Positions 8,786 to 16,593 of a stretch of DNA of 64,000 nucleotides are shown here, piece by piece. Position 1 is the first letter of the stretch; every line of letters begins with the position of its first letter. The notes under the pieces are model-generated. The model made no database searches and was not told where the DNA came from. It saw only the letters and a program-made list of their open reading frames with translations. Origin of the DNA: Sedimentisphaerales bacterium (GTDB lineage Bacteria; Planctomycetota; Phycisphaerae; Sedimentisphaerales; Anaerobacaceae); NCBI GenBank assembly GCA_036744855.1, contig DAIOHF010000014.1:45287-109286 (forward strand), in the 5' to 3' direction. A program made the translations under genes and the position numbers.

Positions 8786-9016
8786 CGAATTCCCCTTCAC
8801 ACGTGACCGGGATTCTAATCCACTCCCGTTGGAGGGTCAATGCGGGCGACGGCGAATCTCGCGGCGATTGCACGTGACCGCGGCTGCAACGTGTCGAGGG
8901 CGTCCCGCCCTCGAATCGCGGGCAAGATGCCCGCGACACGGGAGTCGTCCAACGATTGGCGACGCCACACGCAATTGACCTGCGAGGAATCTGGGGGCGG
9001 GGGCCTGGGTGTCTTC
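8779..9016. repeat. Copy B of the ~236-bp composite repeat
   Basis: Near-identical to 6781-7016. Hairpins at 8896-8912 and 8918-8934. It ends at the start codon of the GNAT gene. Confidence 0.85.
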
Positions 9017-9274
9017 GCAGCGTGCGTTTGGCGCGTTGCGGATACCCGCGGGGAGAGAGGGAAAGGCCCGACACGAAACGCGGACCATCCACCAGTGAAG
9101 AGAGGCTCTTCTCGCAGCGCTTCACCTAATCCGTCTCACGCTTCACGAGACCCGCTTCACGCCTCTGCCCCTCTCCGCTGGTATCCCCAAAGCGATAAAC
9201 GCACCCCTCGAATCCGGCGGGACGCCCCGACTCCGAGGAAACCGCAAGAACGGCCGCACGCCTCGATTTGGGGC

Positions 9275-9303
9275 TTGATAGCCCGGCCAGCTTGGACTAT
9301 AGT
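9275..9303 (+). promoter_or_regulatory. Sigma-70-like promoter upstream of the galK-pyrK-pyrD unit
   Basis: TTGATA, 17-nt spacer, TATAGT, located 55 nt upstream of the ATG at 9358. Confidence 0.5.
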
Positions 9304-9357
9304 CAGCGCCGTTGTGACGGTGCGTGCGACGGATGAACCTTTTGTGCAGAGGTCGGG

Positions 9358-10674
9358 ATGGAGTTGGCAAGGGAAGACCAGGCAGCGGTGGAGAAGCTCC
9401 GCCAGTTGGCGAAGGAGAACCAGATCGACATTGCCGGCGGCAAGCTGCGGCGGACTTCGTCGCGGTTCTGCCTGGGCGTCGAGCACGGCGACTACAACGG
9501 CACCGAACTCTTCGGCGTCGGGACCGACCGCTTCATCTGGATGGCCTACAAGCCCAACGGCACCAAGAAAGTCCGGCTCTTCAGCGGCAACTTCCCCGCC
9601 GACGGCGTCGTCGAGTACACGATCGGCAACGTCCCTGCCCCCAAGTCCGCGGCCATCGCCGACACCTGGGGCCGATTCCCCTACGGCATCGACTACATCC
9701 TGAAGCGCGAGGGCTTCCAACTCAAACAAGGCATCGACGCGGTCCTCTTCGGCAACATCCCCGGCGGCGGCATGAGCCGCTCGGCCTCGCTGTGCATCAA
9801 TCTGATCCTCTCGCTCTTCGACGCCAATGGCGTGGAGGTTCCAAGTTTGAAGTGTCAAGTTTCAAGTGCGGAGGACGCAACCTCCAAGCTTCAAACTTCA
9901 AACTTCAAACTTCAAACTCCTATGCAGATCGTCGATCTCGCCCAGGCGGTCGAGAACGACTACATCGGCTCCCCCTGCGGCAAGCTGGATCAGACGATGG
10001 TCCTGTTCGCCAAGGAAGGCATGGGAACCTACTACAACCCCCAGGACCGCTCGATCGAGTACGTGCCGATCGGCAAAGGGGCCATCGATTTCCGCATCGT
10101 GGTCCTCGACACCGGCACCGACCGGCCGGGCCTGGAGAAGGCGACCTACGCCGTGCGGCGAAGGCAGTGCGAGGAACTGGTCGGCATCCTTCAGAAGGCC
10201 GGCTACAAGATCACCTGCCTGGCCGACGTCAAAGACGAGGCGATGTACAAGAAGATCCTGGACCAGTTCGGCCGCAGCCACGCGGACCTCTGCGACCGAC
10301 TCAATTACATCTACCATGCTCAGCAGCGGTTCTATCAGATGATGGACGCCTGGCGATCCGGCGACGTCGAAAAGGTCGGCGCGATCTTCCGCCAGGACGG
10401 ACTGGGTCTGCGCGACGACTACAAGATCTCCGGGCCGGAACTTGAAACGATGTGCGACGTCGTCCGCACGGTCCCCGGCGTCCTCGGCGAACGCATGCTC
10501 GGCGGCGGCGACAAAGGCGCCTCCGGCGCGCTGGTCCGGGCCGAGAGCGTCGAAGCGGTCAAGCAGGCGGTCGACGCCGCGTATCCGCGAAGCCGGCCCG
10601 CTTTCGCGAACAAATACGCCGCCCACGTCTGTAAAGTGGTGGATGGCGTTCGACTGTATGAGGGCGTCCTTTGA
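9358..10674 (+). CDS. galK: Galactokinase-like GHMP kinase carrying an in-frame palindromic insert
   Basis: GHMP motif GNIPGGGMSRSASLCINLIL and GalK-like AVENDYIGSPCGKLDQ. C-terminal GGGDKGASGALV. A ~25-codon low-complexity insert lies between the two motifs. Confidence 0.75.
   Translation: MELAREDQAAVEKLRQLAKENQIDIAGGKLRRTSSRFCLGVEHGDYNGTELFGVGTDRFIWMAYKPNGTKKVRLFSGNFPADGVVEYTIGNVPAPKSAAIADTWGRFPYGIDYILKREGFQLKQGIDAVLFGNIPGGGMSRSASLCINLILSLFDANGVEVPSLKCQVSSAEDATSKLQTSNFKLQTPMQIVDLAQAVENDYIGSPCGKLDQTMVLFAKEGMGTYYNPQDRSIEYVPIGKGAIDFRIVVLDTGTDRPGLEKATYAVRRRQCEELVGILQKAGYKITCLADVKDEAMYKKILDQFGRSHADLCDRLNYIYHAQQRFYQMMDAWRSGDVEKVGAIFRQDGLGLRDDYKISGPELETMCDVVRTVPGVLGERMLGGGDKGASGALVRAESVEAVKQAVDAAYPRSRPAFANKYAAHVCKVVDGVRLYEGVL
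9842..9918. repeat. About 77-bp imperfect palindrome (TTCAAACTT-periodic arms, GGAGG-ACGCAA-CCTCC centre) inside galK
   Basis: CAAGTTTGAAGTGTCAAGTTTCAAGTGCGGAGG / CCTCCAAGCTTCAAACTTCAAACTTCAAACT read directly. AT-rich relative to the gene. Translated as SLKCQVSSAEDATSKLQTSNFKLQT. Confidence 0.75.
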
Positions 10675-11618
10675 GCCACACGACGACACAAAAAGGAAAC
10701 TTCACCGCGACGGTCCTGTCCAACCGCAAGATCGGCGAATGCTTCTGGCGGATGGACCTGGAATTCACTGGCGACGGCGCCAGGGCCTTCGCGGGATTTC
10801 AGCCGGGACAGTTTCTCCAGATCGACGTATCCCAGGTCGGTCTGCCGCCGGAGGACCGAATCCCGGCGCACCTGCGCGACGCCTGCAAGCGCAACGTCAT
10901 CCTCCGACGGCCGTTCAGCTTCGCGGATGTGACCGCCGAGATCGGCAGAACGACGGCTGAGCTGCTCTACTGCGTGCTCGGACCGGCGTCTGTGCGATTG
11001 ACTACCCTTGCAGCCGGCGATTCCGCGAGCATCATCGGACCGCTGGGCAACGGCTTCTCCATGCCCAGGAACAAGAGACTGGCCCTGCTGGTCGCGGGCG
11101 GCATGGGAATCCCCCCGATTCGTTGCCTGGCCAAGTACCTGCCGACCGCGTATCCCGAGCTGAAGATCATCGCCTTCGTGGGGGCCAAGAGCATCGACGC
11201 ATTGCCGTTCGAGGGCGATCAGGGCGAGATCCCGTCCGAGGTCGGCCCCTTCCTCCCGGCCTTCGCCAAGTACGGCATTTCTTCGGCCGTGGCTACCGAC
11301 GACGGTTCTGCGGGTTACTGGGGCTTCGTCACCAACCGTCTGGCCAAGTGGCTCGACGAAGAGAAGGACTGGTCCCCCGCCGGCACGATCCTCTACGCCT
11401 GCGGCCCCGAGCCCATGCTGGCGGCGGTCGCCCGTCTGGCCGGGGAGCGGAACATCGATTGCCAGGTGAGCATGGAGCGACGGATGGCCTGCGGCATCGG
11501 CCTGTGCCAGAGCTGCGCCGTGGAGTGCAAAGTCGAGGGCTCGCAGGAGACGGTCTACAAACTCTGCTGCCAGGACGGCCCGGTCTTCGACGCAAGAGAG
11601 GTCGTGTTCGGCGAGTGA
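10671..11618 (+). CDS. pyrK: Dihydroorotate dehydrogenase electron-transfer subunit (PyrK)
   Basis: FAD/NAD-binding fold (RRPFSF, GPLGNGF, LVAGGMGIPP). C-terminal 2Fe-2S motif MACGIGLCQSCAV...CCQDGPVF. The TTG start overlaps the galK stop codon (TTGA). Confidence 0.85.
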   Translation: MSHTTTQKGNFTATVLSNRKIGECFWRMDLEFTGDGARAFAGFQPGQFLQIDVSQVGLPPEDRIPAHLRDACKRNVILRRPFSFADVTAEIGRTTAELLYCVLGPASVRLTTLAAGDSASIIGPLGNGFSMPRNKRLALLVAGGMGIPPIRCLAKYLPTAYPELKIIAFVGAKSIDALPFEGDQGEIPSEVGPFLPAFAKYGISSAVATDDGSAGYWGFVTNRLAKWLDEEKDWSPAGTILYACGPEPMLAAVARLAGERNIDCQVSMERRMACGIGLCQSCAVECKVEGSQETVYKLCCQDGPVFDAREVVFGE

Positions 11619-11622
11619 ATCG

Positions 11623-12561
11623 ATGACAAAGACAGGTACTGACATTTCGCTGGATTTTGCGGGGGTTCGGCTGAGGAACCCCGTGTTCACGGCCTCGGGC
11701 ACGTGCGGGTACGGCGATGAGTTGGGCGACTTCATGGACGTCAACGCGCTGGGCGGGTTCATCACCAAGAGCATCACGCTCAAGCCCCGCAAGGGCAACC
11801 GCACGCCGCGGATCGTCGAGACCGACGCCGGCATGCTCAACGCCATCGGTCTGGCGAACGTCGGACTCGACCGCTTCCTGGCCGAGAAACTGCCGATCAT
11901 CGCGGAGATGACCGTGCCGGTGTTCGTGAACGTCGCAGGCGAGCGGATCGAGGAGTATGTCGCGGTCACCGAGCGTCTGGCCCAGGAGAAGGCCATCGCA
12001 GGCTTCGAGCTGAACATCAGTTGCCCGAACGTGGCCAAAGGCGGCATCAGCTTCGGCCGGGACCCGTGCCAGGTCGCCGAGATCACCGCGGCGGTCCGCA
12101 GAGCCGCGGGCGAAAAGACGCTCATCGTGAAGCTCTCGCCGACGGTGACGGACATCAGCGCCACCGCCCGCGCCGCGGTCGAGGGCGGCGCGGACGCCCT
12201 GAGCCTGATCAACACCTTCACCGCGATGGTCATCGACATCGAGACGCGAAGACCCGTCCTGGCCAACCGCACGGGCGGCCTCTCCGGCCCGGCGGTCAAA
12301 CCCATGGCCGTCTACCTCGTGAGCAAGGTCTACAGCGAAGTGACCCGCAGCGCGGGCATTCCGATCCTCGGCCTGGGCGGCATCCGCACGGCCTCCGACG
12401 CCATCGAGTTCCTCATCGCCGGCGCCTCGGCGGTCGCGATCGGCACCGCCAGCTTCATAGAGCCCACGACGGCGATCCAGGTCATCGAAGGAATCCGCGC
12501 CTACTGCGCCAGGCACAACATCGCGAAGCTCACGGACCTGATCGGCTCGCTGTTCACATAG
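11623..12561 (+). CDS. pyrD: Dihydroorotate dehydrogenase catalytic subunit, class 1B (PyrD)
   Basis: NPVFTASGTCGYG, GFITKSIT, NAIGLANVG, ELNISCPNV and LSGPAVKP motifs. Confidence 0.9.
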   Translation: MTKTGTDISLDFAGVRLRNPVFTASGTCGYGDELGDFMDVNALGGFITKSITLKPRKGNRTPRIVETDAGMLNAIGLANVGLDRFLAEKLPIIAEMTVPVFVNVAGERIEEYVAVTERLAQEKAIAGFELNISCPNVAKGGISFGRDPCQVAEITAAVRRAAGEKTLIVKLSPTVTDISATARAAVEGGADALSLINTFTAMVIDIETRRPVLANRTGGLSGPAVKPMAVYLVSKVYSEVTRSAGIPILGLGGIRTASDAIEFLIAGASAVAIGTASFIEPTTAIQVIEGIRAYCARHNIAKLTDLIGSLFT

Positions 12562-12603
12562 TCAATCGCAAATTGTAGATAGTCCATTCAAAGGGTTTCA
12601 CGG

Positions 12604-14094
12604 ATGAGACGCCGCGACTTCCTCAAGACGGTCGGCTGCGGGACGGCGGCGATGCTGTCCGGCTGCGCGACCCAAACCAAATCGAAGAAGGCCCGCAAAG
12701 TCCTGCGCCGGCAGGATCGCCCCAACATCCTCTGGCTGATCTCGGAGGATACATCGCCCGACATCGCCTGCTACGGGACCACGCTGGTCAAGACGCCCAA
12801 CATCGACAAGCTCGCGGCCGAAGGGGCCCGGTTCACGAACGCCTTCGTCACGGCCCCTGTCTGTTCGGCGTCCCGCTCGTGCTTCATGACCGGGATGTAC
12901 CAGACCAGCATCGGCGCGCACCATCACCGCAGTCATCGCGACGACGGCTACAGGCTCCCGCCCCCGGCGACGGTCATCACCGACTACTTCCGCCGGCTCG
13001 GCTACTTCACCAGCAACTGCGCGGGCCTGAGCTACAAGAAGGCGGGCAAGACCGATTGGAACTTCACGCCGAGCGCGCCGCCCTTCGACGGCACCGACTG
13101 GTCCGAGCGAAAACCCCGGCAGCCCTTCTTCGCCCAGATCAACTTCGCCATGACGCACCGGGACTTCAGACGGGACAAGAACAATCCCATCGACCCCGCC
13201 AAAGTCGAACTGCCCCCCTACTATCCGGATCATCCGGTCACCCGGCGCGATTGGGCCAACTATCTGGAGTCGATGCAGGTCCTCGACGCGGAAATCGGCG
13301 TCGCCCTGCAATGGCTTCAGAAGGAAGGCGAGGCCGACAACACGATCGTCGTGTACTTCGGGGACAACGGCCGGCCGCACGTCCGCTGCAAGCAGTGGCT
13401 CTACGAAGGCGGGATTCGCGTGCCGATGATCGTCCGCTGGCCCGGCCGGATCGAGCCGGGGACGGTCGTGGACGATCTTGTCAGCACGGTGGACCTGGTC
13501 CCGACGCTCCTGGCGGCGCTCGGAGTCGAGCCTCCCGAGCACCTGCAAGGCTACAACATTCTGGGCGCCAAGAAGCGGACCCGCGAGTACGTCTTCGCGG
13601 CCCGGGACCGCTGCGACGGCACGGTCGACCGCATCCGCTGCGTCCGCTCCAAGCGATACAAGTACATCCGCAATTACCACCCGGACAAACCGTATGCGCA
13701 GTTCAACGCCTACAAGAAGCTCCAGTACCCGGCCCTGACGGTGATGCAGGTCCTGCACAAACAGGGCAAGCTCACGCCGGACCAGGCCAGATTCATGGCC
13801 CCGACTCGTCCTCGCGAAGAGTTCTACGACTTGCAGGAGGACCCGCACGAACTGCGGAACCTCGCCGATGACCCCAAGCACAAGAAGCTCGTGCAGACGC
13901 ACAGCCGCAAGCTCGACGAGTGGATCAAGGCCACCGGCGACCAGGGTGAAACGCCCGAGGACCCGAAGGTCGTCGAGCGGGAGCAGAACAACATGGCCAA
14001 GAACTTCGTCGAGTCGATGGAAAAGAGGGATCTCTCCCCCACCATCTCCGACGAAGGCTATCTCAAGTGGTGGGAGCAGAAGCTGCTCGGCTGA
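12604..14094 (+). CDS. Sulfatase (formylglycine-dependent arylsulfatase family), TAT/lipoprotein signal
   Basis: MRRRDFLK...LSGCA signal. NILWLISEDTS metal site. CSASRS (C-x-A-x-R) formylglycine motif. Confidence 0.9.
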   Translation: MRRRDFLKTVGCGTAAMLSGCATQTKSKKARKVLRRQDRPNILWLISEDTSPDIACYGTTLVKTPNIDKLAAEGARFTNAFVTAPVCSASRSCFMTGMYQTSIGAHHHRSHRDDGYRLPPPATVITDYFRRLGYFTSNCAGLSYKKAGKTDWNFTPSAPPFDGTDWSERKPRQPFFAQINFAMTHRDFRRDKNNPIDPAKVELPPYYPDHPVTRRDWANYLESMQVLDAEIGVALQWLQKEGEADNTIVVYFGDNGRPHVRCKQWLYEGGIRVPMIVRWPGRIEPGTVVDDLVSTVDLVPTLLAALGVEPPEHLQGYNILGAKKRTREYVFAARDRCDGTVDRIRCVRSKRYKYIRNYHPDKPYAQFNAYKKLQYPALTVMQVLHKQGKLTPDQARFMAPTRPREEFYDLQEDPHELRNLADDPKHKKLVQTHSRKLDEWIKATGDQGETPEDPKVVEREQNNMAKNFVESMEKRDLSPTISDEGYLKWWEQKLLG

Positions 14095-14315
14095 GAGCCG
14101 AACCGCAACTCAGCATGAGGGACGCCGAACAAGATCAAGCCTGCCTCCCCAGACCGGCAGGCACAGGCGATTCCTACCGATCTCCCGCCGGGCGGACTTG
14201 GGACCCGCCCAGAACCTGCCGCAGCTCTCATGTCGAACGACAAAGTTCACGCGGCGGGCGCGTTCGACATTGACTTCAAAACCGACGTAGCCGCCCGCTC
14301 GCGTGCAACGCCTGG

Positions 14316-14969
14316 TTATGCGATTTGTGTCACTTCGATTCCATTGTCACTGAGTATCTGCAACCAAGTCTGGAAAACACTTTCACAGAGACCAGCAGCG
14401 TTGCCCAGTGAGTTGCCATCTTTGTCGGTAATGGTACACGAAAACGTCCATGTAAAGTCGGTGAACTGGAATTTGAGTTCGCCCACCGAAGCGGATCCGA
14501 CGAATTCAAATTCCGGGATCGATTCGCCCCACATGATTAAGGTCGGTTTCAGGCGATGCGGAAAGCTGTGCATGACCCCGTGAACGTACGGTTTGCCGTA
14601 TCGAGGTTCGAGGTCGACGGCCCAACGCTGCGAATTATCGGTGCCCGCATGCTTGTATTCGTTTGCGAGATAGCTGACGACTTGGACGTCGCGGGATTGG
14701 GTGATGTAAGTATTGACAATCCGTCCCGGCTCAGTTTCGCCGTTTTCTTCCAGAATCTTTTTCACATAGTCGCGGCAGTGCCAAGTGTACTGCATCAACA
14801 CCTTGCAGCGCTGGGAGACTTTGTCGGCTGGCCTCAAAGGCCGAATTTGATATCCGCGCGAACCATCGTCGTGCTGAATGGGCTCGATCAACTGCGAGAA
14901 TTCAGCGAGGTCGGCGGCGGCGATCTTTCGGTCCGCGAGGAAGTTTGTGAAGGCTACGAGCTTCGACAT
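14316..14969 (-). CDS. Hypothetical protein (orphan, low-GC islet)
   Basis: Clean 217-aa ORF from the ATG at 14969 (GAAAGG lies 7 nt upstream). The composition is AT-richer than the flanks. I recognise no domain. Confidence 0.45.
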   Translation of the reverse strand: MSKLVAFTNFLADRKIAAADLAEFSQLIEPIQHDDGSRGYQIRPLRPADKVSQRCKVLMQYTWHCRDYVKKILEENGETEPGRIVNTYITQSRDVQVVSYLANEYKHAGTDNSQRWAVDLEPRYGKPYVHGVMHSFPHRLKPTLIMWGESIPEFEFVGSASVGELKFQFTDFTWTFSCTITDKDGNSLGNAAGLCESVFQTWLQILSDNGIEVTQIA

Positions 14970-15311
14970 GCGAGACCTTTCATCGCATAACAATAATTAG
15001 ATGGACCCGCACAAGATGCGGGAATGTCCGTTTCGGTCCGCATAAGCAACCTTTGGATTTCTTGCCAAAAACGCCAGAAGATGTGCTCCTTCAAGGACTT
15101 GCTGTCGGTCCGCACTCTTATCCGGGAATGCTATACGGATCCGCATAGGAACCTCCAAATCAAAGCCCGTCCGGCGGCTGTAATGCCTGGACCGCAATGG
15201 CTCCCGCAACCGATCCCGGCGTGTAAGCACACCTGCTGGAGGGGTTTCAATGGCGGCTTGTGGGGCAACCGTCTGCACCGCCGGGGCTCCGCTCAGACCC
15301 GCCGAGGCGGC

Positions 15312-15521
15312 TCACTCACTGCTCTTGCCCGGCCCCAAGTAGTCGGCGATGCGCACTTCGTCATTGATGGCACATTTGGCCGGATCCCAGAGGATCATCG
15401 TACGACTCGGGTTAATTTCGAATTTTGCCCGCTCCTCCGGGCTGGCCCGTGTTTCATGAAGAGCATCGCAACTGTGAAACCAGAAGATCAGGCCACCTTC
15501 TTCAAGCACCTTCGGGCTCAT
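15312..15521 (-). CDS. Small protein, tentatively DUF4160-like
   Basis: 69-aa ORF. MSPKVLEEGGLIFWFHS...AKFEINP loosely resembles the DUF4160 pattern (MPTVLRxGxYRFFFYSNE...AKFWLxP), but the His motif is absent. Confidence 0.3.
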   Translation of the reverse strand: MSPKVLEEGGLIFWFHSCDALHETRASPEERAKFEINPSRTMILWDPAKCAINDEVRIADYLGPGKSSE

Positions 15522-15873
15522 GACGTATCAGCCCCGCCTTTCTCAAGGAAGCGCCCTAGCCGCCGAACTCGGCCATCTGTCTTTTGCACTCCCAACATCG
15601 GGTCGCCTTTACTTGTCGCAACGATTATACCGTGCCGGGCAGGGGAAGGCAAGACCGCCGGCGAAGAGGATCGCCTCTCCTGCGGCTGCGGTCACAATAC
15701 GGCGGCAGGACTTGTACAAATTTCGGCATATTTTCGGTTTTTGTGCAACACACAACCATCATCGAGCGTCTTAATGATGAGCGACTTGGAGGGACCGCCA
15801 GGGCCTTAGGGCCCGGTCGCAGGCTGGACCAGGGTTTCTGCGAACGCGTATGAGAAGCGCTCTTCGTCGTGTC

Positions 15874-15939
15874 GCGGGCGTCCCGCCCGCGCGTGACGAG
15901 GCCATCTTGGCCTCGCATTTCCGCGGACAAGATGTCCGC
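15874..15939. repeat. Cluster of three REP-type 7+3+7 hairpins
   Basis: GCGGGCG-TCC-CGCCCGC (15874-15890), GAGGCCA-TCT-TGGCCTC (15898-15914) and GCGGACA-AGA-TGTCCGC (15923-15939), followed by the GACACG tail. Confidence 0.8.
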
Positions 15940-16089
15940 GACACGTTCTGAATGGCAAAGGCACGATATCTTGTTTTCCGGCTTCTTGAGACAATGGACC
16001 GCGACAATCACACTGACACAGTAGGGATTCATGCTTTCATTCGCACCACCCAGGCTCTTCGTCGTTCACAAGCCGCCAAGCTCGCGAAA

Positions 16090-16293
16090 TTGGGTTTGTT
16101 TCGCACAGTTGGCCTCTGGGCCTGGGCCGGGCTTTGCGACATTGGCTTCGTTTCGCACAATCGGGCTTTGGCCACGGCGGGGCGACCGCGTCGGGGCACG
16201 ACTGTGCGAAACAAAGCCAATCTACGCTGGACCAAGTGGCACGCGGGCCGGCGAAGGGACTACGACCGGTCAAATTGTGCGAAACGAAGCCAA
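16090..16293. repeat. Nested inverted repeat made of four 18-nt units TTGGSTTYGTTTCGCACA (F,F,R,R)
   Basis: Units at 16090-16107 and 16142-16159 are forward. Units at 16203-16220 and 16276-16293 are reverse complement. All were read directly. Confidence 0.8.
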
Positions 16294-16593
16294 TTCCCGC
16301 TCTTGGGGCCAAGACGCCCCATCCTGTGTCCGCCACCGCAGGCCGGGTGCACCCTCTCCTGCTCTGCCCCGACGAAGGCGGGTCGGGCCGAGACCGAAAT
16401 TGATGTTTCACAGGCGATGGGGTATCCTGGGCCCGTTATGAGATCGCCAAGAGACAAGACAATTGAGAACCAGGCACCTACCAATCGTGGGACGGTCGGC
16501 CTCCCAAACCCGGCGTATCGCCTTTGGGGACCCCAAGCACAAATCCCAAGTCAATTCGGATTCCAGAATCCAAGACTCAAGACGGAGGATTCG

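Noticed and set aside
14997-15278. 93-aa ORF as a partner (for example DUF2442-like) of the DUF4160-like gene.
   Set aside because: It has no matching motif, its Arg-rich composition is unlike its neighbours, and it has no RBS. I left it uncalled.
15952-16593. N-terminal 214 residues of the 590-aa ORF (M14 peptidase).
   Set aside because: The segment is a translation of REP hairpins and the four-unit inverted repeat. A GGAGGA RBS, an ATG and a signal peptide occur at 16594.
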